NCBI RefSeq assembly: GCF_000150275.1
Contig: NW_002060950.1
Span: 1,042,106-1,106,105, forward strand
Reading direction: 5' to 3'
Source: Trichoplax adhaerens
Taxonomy: Eukaryota; Animalia; Placozoa
DNA: 64,000 nucleotides
Both the position numbers and the translations under genes were made by a program. Position 1 is the first letter of the stretch. Every line of letters starts with the position of its first letter. This document shows, piece after piece, positions 1-10,937 of this stretch. The notes beneath the pieces are model-generated. The model had not been told where the DNA came from. It did no database searches and saw only the letters and a list, made by a program, of their open reading frames with translations.

Positions 1-91
1 CCACTGTGATGTATTTCTACTTTCCTAATGACAATGAATCACATACAGCACAATATACACTATAAATGTTCTACTGAATCACTCCAGTGCA

Positions 92-510
92 TATTAAATG
101 AAAATTATATAAACCATCCATCGCTATAAGCTATTCCAATTTTTACTACAAAATGCCGTAAGCCCCTGCCTCTCCGGTTTTCATTTTAGATATTAAATGA
201 ATATTATATAAAACTATCCATCGCTATAAGTTATTCCAATTTTTACTACAAAATGCCGTAAACCTCTGCCTCTCCGGTTTTCATTTTAGATACAGCACTT
301 GCATAACAGGAATTGTTTATTAGTACGTGTAGTTAAATCATTCAAAAATGTTTGTCAGATAGCCAAAATAATAATACAAAATAAATATGCCTCTCTGGTT
401 TTCATGTTAGATACAGCACTTAAATAACACGAATTGTTTATTATACGTGTAGTTAAATCATTCAAATATATTTGTCAGATAGCCAAAAATAATAGTACAA
501 AATAAAATAC
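92..510. repeat. Two adjacent local tandem duplications (about 99 bp x2, then about 120 bp x2) downstream of ERI1
   Basis: tattaaatgaa...tcattttagata occurs at about 92-190 and 191-290; gcctctc..ggttttcat.ttagatacagcactt...tgtcagatagccaaaa.aata occurs at about 268-385 and 389-505. Confidence 0.85.
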
Positions 511-1084
511 ATAATTTAAATAGTACGCAGTTATCTTTACCGACCAATATCGACAATAAATTTTATTGAACGAATGATGAAATAAATACTTTACCATTGA
601 ACTTTCCGTATTTAGTAGAGATTATCTTAATAGTGATTCACTACCAATAAGAACACATTACCATCAGCGCTGATCTTAAATGGCTAACTAGCTATATTTA
701 GCAAACTGCTTACGATCAATTGAGGTTCAATACTATCTGCACATAAGTTAAAGTTAACTACTGATAATTTCAATTTTAAATTATAGATACAATAAAATTA
801 ACGTTACGGCAATCAAGTAGCAAAAGTGTCCAAATGCGGGATAGCTTTACTGTATGTACAAGGCACTTTGATAGCCATCAAAACTTCATCGTAGCTGGAA
901 GTTCTCAAGATTATAATATTTTTGCTTAATTTAAGAATAAATTTCACAGCAGCTGCTCTCTATGAGTACATCAATCAATATTGTGTTAAAAACACGTAGC
1001 CAGATTCACTGCATGGTTACATGAAAAATACAAAATACTACAAAATATTAATGCCAAGTGTTACACTAATTTCATAGTCTCCTA

Positions 1085-3033
1085 TTAGCTATAGTTAGCT
1101 AAGATTTCATTTGGTTTAACTTGACATCCGTCTCGTATTAACTGGCATAATATTTTGGCAATATTTTTTGCGTCGTCTATTCCACTATGCAAACGTCCAT
1201 CATGCGGGATTTTTAATGCTCCTAACATATCTTGCAAAGTTGGAAACCGCTGCCCTGATAATTTATAGAAAGCCTTGAAGGTTCGCTTTAAATTTGTCCA
1301 ATTTGAAGCCCAATAAGGCATAGGAATTTTATCAACTTTACATTGTATCGTCAAGAATCGAGTTATATCAAAGGGGCTAGAAAATAATTATAAATACCAG
1401 TACTTTCAATTGAAAACGCTTACGCATTTATTTCCAGCAGCAAGAAAATGTTGAAATAATGCTGAAAATCGTCATTGTAAAAAATTATTAATAAATAAAG
1501 TCCTACCCGTCGGTTACAACCACGAAGGTACTTTCTCCTAAGACATCTTCCAACCATTTTTGAAAATTTTGGAAGACAACTTTAAAGGCATCTGCAGAGT
1601 CGATTGTTTTCTAATATTCAAGCAATACAGGCCATGGATAAAAATTTAGTTGTATTATTACGTACACTATATCATCTGTGATCAACAAAGCAATAGCAGA
1701 AAATTGCCTGATGGATAAAATATACAATATTGAATGTGAAGTCTTGGCATGATTATGGCTGAAATTGCGGTAGTACTGTACGGTCAAGAGGGTATTGTAG
1801 AGCAATAGCCAGCTTAATTTTGTTATCACTATATTAACTATTTATTATGAAGGCTAACTCTCTTCACGCACAGTATAAATGGTTCACTCTTTTGTATGTT
1901 GTGCTGTCATTTACTGTAAGTAGCACCTAAAACGACCATTTTTTCATATGGCGTACTGGCTTCGTAACACCTGTTCTAAATGTTTACAGGATTTACAAGC
2001 ACAGTATATGAGAACTAATGTCGGTATATTTAAATATATAGTAGCAATTTTTCTTCAATTGACAATTAATAAGTAGCAATGCAGGGTTGCACTAGGCCTG
2101 ATGATGCAATCAGCAATCAGCATAGGCGGAAAACTATCACAGGATTATATGAACTGAGTTATTCTCCCACGAGTACAAAGTATATGAGACTCTAGAGCAG
2201 GATCACGTCATCTAACCTGGTCAATTCCAGTCAGTTTTGTACAAAAGCTGCTTAACTTTGGATTCATGACAGGTCTACAATAGAAATGAAATTGGCTTTC
2301 CACGGCTAGAGTTCGAGCATTCACCATCAAGGCGGGAAATTCAATTATTTCATGCTTATACTTTCGTGGATTAACTTCCTCGCAAGTTGCTTCGAAATCA
2401 ATGACACAATAATAATCAGTGCTAAATTTGCTGGATTTGATATTGCTGTTTTTGTAAACTTTTTCTCTCATGACGCCCTTTAGCCTTTGCTTCAATACAT
2501 TATCTTCGCCGCTGATGTTGGTTAGGCATAGTTCGAAATAGAATAAAGCTTTTTTAATAATTTTTGCAAAAACGGTTTCAATACCTTATATCTTAGATCA
2601 GATACAAGCATTCTACAAATTCAAAATACAGATTGCAGCTACTGTGGCAGCTACTGATAGGGATAGAACATTTACAGTGTAATATATAAGTTTACGTACA
2701 GTATTTCTATGTATTGATGCGATTATAAGTATTTGCAACATAGCAAATCTTCATACAGAAAGTGATAACGCAGATTTAGAGCTTTTAACCAGATTATTTT
2801 TTCATTTATTAGAGTATCCGAAAGTTACAACTGGCTATCCATTGCCTACGATAATCTCTAGTGTTGATATGTAACTAGTGCATTACTTACTTGGTACTAA
2901 CGTCAAGTTGTTTTAATTTATCAATGATTTGTTGCATAGTCATTTCGTTGACAAGTCCATTTATGCGAGAAAGGGTTCTCTTACTATTAGCTAATTGATC
3001 GTCATCATTCTGACTAGTAGTCGGTTCCATCAT
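1085..3033 (-). CDS. ERI1: 3'-5' exoribonuclease ERI1/3'hExo (SAP domain + DEDDh exonuclease), 4 exons, about 277 aa
   Basis: Exons 3033-2891, 2511-2217, 1610-1507 and 1376-1085 have GT-AG boundaries and total 834 nt in frame. SAP-like SRINGLVNEMTMQQIIDKLKQLDVSTNGEDNVLKQRLK; ExoI VIDFEATCEE..HEIIEFP; ExoII VVTDGPFD; ExoIII HSGIDDAKNIA. Confidence 0.92.
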
Positions 3034-3598
3034 CAAAGTACGTTCTTATAATGGCATGAAAAGGCATCAATTTGTATGTGTCATCCTCTTGATAACTTTG
3101 TTGGCAACTCCACTCACTTAATCGCAGCAGTTCAAGTTGATCCTTGGTGTCTATTCACTTCTATCCGAAGTTCATGCACAATCAGCGCTCCCGGATTTGT
3201 CTTGCAGCGGAGGTGTGAAAATCAGTTAATAGTACTGTACTTGTGTAGGCTTCTACCAGAAATCTGAATATTGGCCAAGTGCTGTATCCTAGTCCGTATA
3301 CTGTACACTAGTACTGATGCAGTATAAAGTAAATTTTACTCAACTAAAAACTTAATCGCAGCAATTTTTAAGTTGATCGTTTGTGATGTCCGTCCAAAGC
3401 GAATACCAAGTCAATACTCCTGGATTTGGCTTGCAGCAAGGTCTGTACATCAGCAACTGTAAGTGTCTGTTCCGGTCTACTATACACTACATTAATCCTT
3501 GTGCAGAAGAAAGTAAATTTGAATGATTGATTTAGCAACTCAATTAACTTAACCACAGCAATTGCAAGTTGATCCTTGATAATTTCTATCCAAAGTAG

Positions 3599-4211
3599 AT
3601 GAATTTCAAATCAATATTATTAAATATTCGTCAAGGTTTACGTCTGAACGTCTGGTTGTCTGAACCTCAGCGGCTGCGTTCTAGCAAAGTTTTTAGGCCA
3701 ATCTGCGCAGGCTTAAGAATGGATTTGGTAAGTCAATGAACTTGATGGCAGCAAATCGAGTGGATCTGCTGTCATTTCCAAAGTAAATCAACGCCAAATC
3801 ATGAGTAAAAAGAATTATTTTACAGCCTAACCAACCTTGGAGGATTTGCCTTTTAGCTTTCTTCGACTTGGTAGTCAGTATACTGCTCTGTACCTAGGCC
3901 TACAGTAAATGAATATCAAATCAATATTATTAAATATGCGTCAAGGTTTACGTCTGAACGTCTGGTTGTCTGAACCTCAGCGGCTGCGCTCTAGCAAAGT
4001 TTTTAGGCCAATCTGCGCAGGCTTAAGAATGGATTTGGCAAGTCAATGAACTTGATGGCAGCAAATCGAGTTGATCTGCTGTCATTTCCAAAGTAAATCA
4101 ACGCCAAATCATCAGTAAAAAGAATTATTTTACAGCCTAACCAACCTTGGAGGATTTACCTTTTAGTTCACTTCGACTTTGTAGTCAGTATACTGCTCTG
4201 CGCTAAGGCCT
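3599..4211. repeat. Near-identical 310-bp direct tandem duplication in the divergent intergenic region ERI1 / NB-ARC-TPR-1
   Basis: Unit atgaat.tcaaatcaatattattaaata...cagtatactgctctg...aggcct begins at 3599 and again at 3909, with only scattered substitutions. Confidence 0.95.
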
Positions 4212-4322
4212 GCCAGAAGGTATTTGTATAGCATTACAATGGTGTTGCTGTCCACGATGAGATCAATGGACAATTTGTGCATGCAGACTAAGATGACGTC
4301 ATTTTCTTGCTCAGCCGATTGG
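3696..4322. promoter_or_regulatory. Candidate bidirectional promoter elements: CCAAT+TGCGCA (x2), perfect CRE palindrome, inverted CCAAT
   Basis: ggccaatctgcgcaggc at about 3696 and 4006; ATGACGTCAT at 4293-4302; ATTGG at 4318-4322. The stretch is locally GC-richer and lies between divergently oriented genes. Function is inferred only. Confidence 0.4.
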
Positions 4323-6383
4323 AGAAGGGGAGTGCTGTAACACTGCCTAGTAATGCAGTCTAATCCAGTCCAGAAATGATTTCATCAACTGGACGCTAGG
4401 CAGGCAAAAACTAACCTTCACCTTCAGCACGGCAATACATACTACAGCTACGCAAACGCTACTTTACACGCCTTCTTTCTATATCAATCTTGTCTCGAAT
4501 ATAAGATTGATACCGCAGTAACCTTTTCACACACCTTGATTTGGATGACGTATGGTTGGAATCATCATCGGCCATCTATTTATTTTTTAAACTTATTGGC
4601 GAATAGTTTGGTTAGGACAGTATTGAATTTGATCGGCTTATTGGAGCAACTTTCTCATCCTAGATTGCTGTGCTTTAACCTTGAAATATCGAGGGTTGAA
4701 ACAGATAACCATGTGGATTGATATCGAGATGTGTTAAGATGGAGTTGGTGTGCGTGTAACCACAACAAATTGCTGAAATTTTGACGTACTGTAAACATCA
4801 ACTGACGAATGGATGAGGTAAACTGCCATGCCAGTGGCCATGGAGCTAACGTTGTTTGTTATTTGTGTGCATGAAATGGAGGAAACAGCATGATCCTGCT
4901 ACATCACAGTATAGGATTGATGATTGTAAATATCAGCTAAATTAGAGATTAATTGTACACAAGCTGCGATCATTATCCAATTTTTACATTACCCGATAGG
5001 TCAAATAATCGTAATGGATCAATGAGATCGATAGTTAGTGATGAGGGATTATCAGTACTGATAGTCTAGTGTCGTAGTTATTATTGATGGTCGTTGATCG
5101 AGGGTATCTTCCTGAACGATCAACATGATGATGTTATGAGTCATTAGGTTATTTTCCCACAATAACATTTTGAAAATTTGGTCACCATTTGCAGGTGTGG
5201 TAATACTGCATTAGTAATTGCGATAGTTTAGTTTCAACATTGTACTATGCTGTTCGCTGTTGTTGCTGTTATGATGGATGATAGCGAGTAGAAAACTGTA
5301 CTCAGTGGACTGTTAGCCTAGCTTTGGATTTTGTTATCAGCCATTGATCCAGGGTATTTCCCTGAACGATCAAGATGGTAACGTGATCCATGCAGGATGT
5401 ACACATCGTCCTTGATTAATGGGGATACGATCACCTTCTTGGTGCAAAATGCTTTGTTGAATCCATTTAAATTTTATTACAATTTCTCGAAGCGTGGAAA
5501 TGCGGCATCAATAGTTTATTTTGAATGAAAATTGTATTATACTGTAGTTTACTATCAAGTTTATCATGTAATACTAAATCGTGTCATCAATTTAGTAATT
5601 AATCTATTATAATGTACATGTCTGCTGATCAAGGATAATTTTCGACACTAATACTGGATCAGTAGTAGTAATACACTTATAACCCCCCAAAATCACTATA
5701 GCAATGTAGTAATATCGCACGTACTGAGCTACTGCGTTGTTAATTATAATCAATGATATTTCCTAAATAACTTTGAAATCGTACAACCATCAATGATTAA
5801 ATGTGATCGATTGATGCCATATATCATACAGTATCTGCTACTACAATTGACATTTTCACTTCACAGTCCTTCCATACTACTACTATATAATGATATTCTG
5901 TAATGGATTATGTTATTGATCTAGGATATTTTCATGAATAACAGTACTGGATCAAGAGTAATAGACCCTACTATAGTGTACTGCCACTTTGTTGATCGAC
6001 AAAATTTCCAGAAATAAAACTAAATCGATAGTAACACTATATCTCAGCATACCGAACTGTACTGCTGCCTTGTTAATACAGGATATTTTCTTGACTCAAT
6101 CGATCATTAAATTGTAATTGTTGCATCGTACAACTACTTTACTATTCCGTAATACAGTATTGGCCTAAATTCGTTCATAAATTGAAAGCCAACCAATGTG
6201 AATTGATGATCGTTGACAACCTATCTTTTGCGAACGCTCTCTTAACTATAATCATGTATAGATTAATACTGGTACAACGCTAGACAACTTTCACGCTAAA
6301 TAGTCAAGCGATAATTAAACTTAACCTTTCTCTCCTTCCATTATAGTACAGCAAGGATCGAAAAAGTAATTGAGACGTGTGAT

Positions 6384-9300
6384 ATGGCCAACAATCGTGT
6401 GATTAATCTTTATATTTCAAATTTACAACAAGCTGCCGCAGTAGGAAATGACACACTTGCTGATAAAATTCTTGCTTGTTTGAGCTCTCTTCATCATATC
6501 TCGTGGCAAGTCATCGAAACTTTAGTACAAGCTACGCTCTCCAAATTCTATCATCAATTACCTGATATTTACTTGGCTAAGTTAATCAAAATTGTCCGAC
6601 AATTGATAGCGAATAATGCACACTTGATGAAGTTAACAGCAAAAGATGACAGCCGAAATGTAGTCTACCAACATGTTAAAGATACTAGTGATAAAATTGG
6701 CAAACTATTACTAGACCTGGATGATAATCAATCGGATCTACCCCCTTTATTATTATATGCTGAATTGCAATTGCTTCAATTAGAGATTAACCAATATGGA
6801 GGCCACGATCAAAAATCAAGCAATACATTAGCAAAAGATGTTCATCATCTTAATAATGATTGCCGAATGATCCTTACCAATAGAGATGCTCATTTTTTCG
6901 ATAAGATATGTCAATCATTATGGAATAATCCAATGAAATTAGATAATCTCATGTTTTATGTCATTATTGATAATTTCGCTCATATCATTAAATCGATCGA
7001 TAATGAAGATTTTAAATCGTTAGTCTATGCTGGTAAGTGTAGCAATTTCAATCATCATACATTTGGCCTGAAATGCTATGCTGATCTTATCGTCAAACAA
7101 CACAGCGATGAACAAAATTTATTACTACCATTATGTAAATTGATCTATGAATTATTAACACTTATGGCACATATTAAACCTTATGAAAAGGAATTGATTG
7201 ACTATGTTACTAAACTTCAAGCATTAGCTGGTACAAAATCCATTAATGATATGGTTAAGGCAATATTAGATAGGTCATTTATTGTTAATCGTTCACTAAA
7301 TTCTACCAGTATGACCGATTTGAATAATATAGATCGGTCTTGTGCTTCGTCGCCGCTACGCTTATTAAACGAAAGTAGTCATACAATTCAACTATTTCCA
7401 TCGCCTCCACCTTTACTCATTGATCGTCCACAATTAATTACAGCAATATCGAAAGCGTTGCATAATACTGGTCGATGTGCAATTATCCCTCAAGATGTGG
7501 CGATACCTTACGGCATTGGTAAGTCAACACTAGCAATTCAATATGCTATGAAGTATAAGCATGACTATAACGTCATTTACTGGCTACAAGCAGACAATGA
7601 ATTAACATTACAACATGATATGATTGCATTAGCTAAAAGGATTGTTTATTCACATGCTTTCAATGACAAAGCTATCACTAAACTTCGAAATTTATTAAAA
7701 TCTGATTGTAATTGTATCGAGTTTATCGAAGATTTTAGAAATTGTTGCGTGTCCAAGGTCAAAGCCGATGAAGGTTATGCCTCTATTATCAAATGTTTAA
7801 TTCAAGATGTTTTAGAAAAGGATATTTGTGGCTCATGGTTATTGATTTACAATCGAGTGAACGATACTGATATGATAGAAAATTACATTCCTAAAACGAC
7901 TTCTCATGGCCATGCCATAATGGTTTCATGCCGACGAAATTGGAAATCTAACGTACAAGTTGGTATCTTCTCAACTGAACAAGCTGTCGATTTTCTGCAA
8001 TCATCAATGCAACAAGTTGCTACGTATAGCTGCAATAAAATTGCTGAAAATTTACTTAATGTACCTATTGCGTTAACACTTACAACGGGTTATGTACAAG
8101 CCAAGAAGACAACAATGATGGATTATACCAACTCTATTTGTACATCCTTAACTAAATCATGGAATCCAGTAACAAGTATTAAAAAATTATTATTAACTAA
8201 AGCTAATAAACGATACGAGACCGTGAAATATATCGTCTTGACAGCTTGGAATTTAAATTTAGATGAGTTTATCCAAGAAGTGCCACAAGCAAGTGAAATT
8301 ATTGCAGTAGTTGGATATCTATCATTGGAAAATGTTCCAATCCAACTTGTGCAAGATTATTATGAGTCCTATCTACTTGATCAAAATACCCATTGGGATG
8401 TTGTTATGATTATAATGCAACAATACAAGTTAGTGACCAGAATTAAAAATAATTGTTGGTCAATCCATCCGTGGTTTCAATTGTTTGTAAGAGAAAAAGC
8501 GCATCAAGAAAGCAAAAGTGAAACAATTTTACTACGATTATTGCAATTATTTAATCAAAAATTAAATTTTTATAGCGATAACTATGAAAAGAGTAAAGAA
8601 ATTAAATCGTTCGCCAAGTATGCCATGAATTGTTTAAAGTATAGTTGCCAATATGATGCTTTAATAGATATAAGGATTGAAGTAGTTGTTAAAATATGTC
8701 GTCTATTTTATGAATTTAAAGAGTACAAAAATACAAAAATGTTCATCCATTTAGCTAATACAGCTAAATTGCTAGAATTGAAACAACTCAATAATGCATC
8801 CCATCGTAATATTTCAAATAGGTGCTTAATAGGTTATTGCAAACTATGTAGAATTGCTAGCAAGGTTGAATTTATGCTAGGTAACATGAAGGATGCTATT
8901 AATATCTTAGCCGCAGCATTAGGAATGATTAGCAAAGATAGTAATGATAACCATGATATCGATGTTCAAAACCTTCAGGTTTACTTATTTTACGACATGG
9001 GCGTTATTAACACTTTACTTGAAAATTACGACATTGCAGAAAAGAATTTCCATCAAGCTATGGAAACTGACGATTTGTTTTCAACGACACCGCTACGAGC
9101 TGCAGATATTTCTTACCAATTGGGAATTGTATATGGATTGAATAATAAATTTAAGAAGAGTGTTTCTTACCTACGGTATAGTCTCAATCTTGATGAAGAA
9201 GAATTTGGACCAATGCATTGTCATGTTGCTATGGATCATTTAGAGCTCGGTCGAAGTATGACTTTACAAGGAAAACTACAGCAAGCCTTAGATCATCATA

Positions 9301-10937
9301 AACAAGTGTTGCTAATAATTACCCAAGAATGGAAAGCTACTAGTAACTGCATTTTAACTTTAATTGCAGCACATGTTGAAAGCAGTCGAGTTAATAGTAT
9401 GTTACATCATTATTCTAAATCATTGATACATCTTAAAGAAGCATTGAAGCTAAGTATTGATCACTTTGGTCAACGAAATTTATTTATAGCTTCTATTTAT
9501 TATCATCTTGGTAAAGTATATAGACAAATGAAAGATTTACAACAATCATTACATGCTTTAGAGCTAGCTCTTGAAATACGAAGCCAAGAATTGGATTACT
9601 ATAATGTTACAATGGCCGAAACTTATTATCAACTTGGTTTAACAACTTTCGATCTTGGTATGAACGAACAGGCTTTGAATTATCATCAAAAATCACTTGG
9701 TATAGCAGAGAATGCACTAAGCGATGATAATTTGTTAATATCGGATTATTGTTTAAAAATTGGTCAATTAATCATTTTAAGGGGAGAATATAAAGAAGCA
9801 ATTGATATTCTGGAGCGAGCGTTGAGTATTCGACAAAATCATACTAAAGATTCTGATAAATCACACACTGCTGCAATATGTTATGAAATAGGCATAGCAT
9901 TGAAGGAACAACATCAATATGAAGATGCTATGGATTATTTAAAAAAATCTTGTGATATGGATATATCAAGCCATGATTATTTCGATATAGTGAAAACTTA
10001 TGAAGCTATTGCCTCAATTAATTCTCTACGACATCAATATAATGACTCAATAAGTTATCACCAAAAAAGCTTACAAATTTCTATTAAGAGATATGGTGAC
10101 GATAGTCTCAATTTGTGCCCAATTTATGATAATATAGGCCATAATTATGTATGTCTAAATAATTTTTGTAATGCTATGGAAAATTATGAAATTTCACTCC
10201 AAATCAAACTAGATTGTCAGGAAGATGATCTCCTTCAAGTTGCGCAAAGCTATTATAATTGTTGGGTAGTCTCACGTAAACAGTTTAAACACGATCAAGC
10301 CGTACATTATATTGAAAGCTGTCTTAGATGTCGTTCGAAAGTATTAGATCCAGGTCATACATTATTGGCTTTGACATATCATGATATTGGGTTGACTATG
10401 AGAGATTTAAAACGTTACAAACAAGCACTACGATATTTTACGGATGCTTTGGATATATCAATAAATTGTATAGATGGTGATAGATCACAGGTTGCAATGT
10501 GTTATCGCGAAATTGGTGCGACTTGGCTCGAACAAGGTTATAATAAAATGGCTTTAGAGTACTTAGAATTAGCTATAAACATTTGGCAAGATGATGCGAT
10601 TGACGATTATACGTCTAATTATATATTAACGGCAAAATTAATTGGTCAAGTGTACTTAAATATGGCAAAGAAAGCATTATTCCATCGTCAGTATTACCTT
10701 GTCACTACAAAGATTGAGTTATGCGAAAGGCAATTAGATAAAGTGCATACCTTTCTTGGTAGTAATCGTCATAAAGAAATAGAATATAGAAAAAGTATGG
10801 AAAATGTACTCCTACAATGCCAGTTCCTAAAACGAAAGATTTGGATACAATTTATTCGTGACCTTCTCATATTAGTAATCCTTGTTTACGGTATAAAAGT
10901 GATACTATATTTTAGAAATGATTATGTTGCTCATTAA
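6384..10937 (+). CDS. STAND NTPase: unknown N-terminal helical region + degenerate NB-ARC + TPR repeats + C-terminal hydrophobic anchor (1517 aa, single coding exon)
   Basis: Uninterrupted 4.5-kb ORF. P-loop PYGIGKST; RNBS-A IYWLQADNE; Walker B position WLLIYNRV; GLPLA position NVPIAL; MHD position IHPWFQ; many TPRs (e.g. YYHLGKVYRQMKDLQQSLHALELALEI); C-terminal LLILVILVYGIKVILYF. A polypyrimidine tract plus TAG at about 6325-6346 suggests a 5'UTR intron. Confidence 0.9.
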   Translation: MANNRVINLYISNLQQAAAVGNDTLADKILACLSSLHHISWQVIETLVQATLSKFYHQLPDIYLAKLIKIVRQLIANNAHLMKLTAKDDSRNVVYQHVKDTSDKIGKLLLDLDDNQSDLPPLLLYAELQLLQLEINQYGGHDQKSSNTLAKDVHHLNNDCRMILTNRDAHFFDKICQSLWNNPMKLDNLMFYVIIDNFAHIIKSIDNEDFKSLVYAGKCSNFNHHTFGLKCYADLIVKQHSDEQNLLLPLCKLIYELLTLMAHIKPYEKELIDYVTKLQALAGTKSINDMVKAILDRSFIVNRSLNSTSMTDLNNIDRSCASSPLRLLNESSHTIQLFPSPPPLLIDRPQLITAISKALHNTGRCAIIPQDVAIPYGIGKSTLAIQYAMKYKHDYNVIYWLQADNELTLQHDMIALAKRIVYSHAFNDKAITKLRNLLKSDCNCIEFIEDFRNCCVSKVKADEGYASIIKCLIQDVLEKDICGSWLLIYNRVNDTDMIENYIPKTTSHGHAIMVSCRRNWKSNVQVGIFSTEQAVDFLQSSMQQVATYSCNKIAENLLNVPIALTLTTGYVQAKKTTMMDYTNSICTSLTKSWNPVTSIKKLLLTKANKRYETVKYIVLTAWNLNLDEFIQEVPQASEIIAVVGYLSLENVPIQLVQDYYESYLLDQNTHWDVVMIIMQQYKLVTRIKNNCWSIHPWFQLFVREKAHQESKSETILLRLLQLFNQKLNFYSDNYEKSKEIKSFAKYAMNCLKYSCQYDALIDIRIEVVVKICRLFYEFKEYKNTKMFIHLANTAKLLELKQLNNASHRNISNRCLIGYCKLCRIASKVEFMLGNMKDAINILAAALGMISKDSNDNHDIDVQNLQVYLFYDMGVINTLLENYDIAEKNFHQAMETDDLFSTTPLRAADISYQLGIVYGLNNKFKKSVSYLRYSLNLDEEEFGPMHCHVAMDHLELGRSMTLQGKLQQALDHHKQVLLIITQEWKATSNCILTLIAAHVESSRVNSMLHHYSKSLIHLKEALKLSIDHFGQRNLFIASIYYHLGKVYRQMKDLQQSLHALELALEIRSQELDYYNVTMAETYYQLGLTTFDLGMNEQALNYHQKSLGIAENALSDDNLLISDYCLKIGQLIILRGEYKEAIDILERALSIRQNHTKDSDKSHTAAICYEIGIALKEQHQYEDAMDYLKKSCDMDISSHDYFDIVKTYEAIASINSLRHQYNDSISYHQKSLQISIKRYGDDSLNLCPIYDNIGHNYVCLNNFCNAMENYEISLQIKLDCQEDDLLQVAQSYYNCWVVSRKQFKHDQAVHYIESCLRCRSKVLDPGHTLLALTYHDIGLTMRDLKRYKQALRYFTDALDISINCIDGDRSQVAMCYREIGATWLEQGYNKMALEYLELAINIWQDDAIDDYTSNYILTAKLIGQVYLNMAKKALFHRQYYLVTTKIELCERQLDKVHTFLGSNRHKEIEYRKSMENVLLQCQFLKRKIWIQFIRDLLILVILVYGIKVILYFRNDYVAH

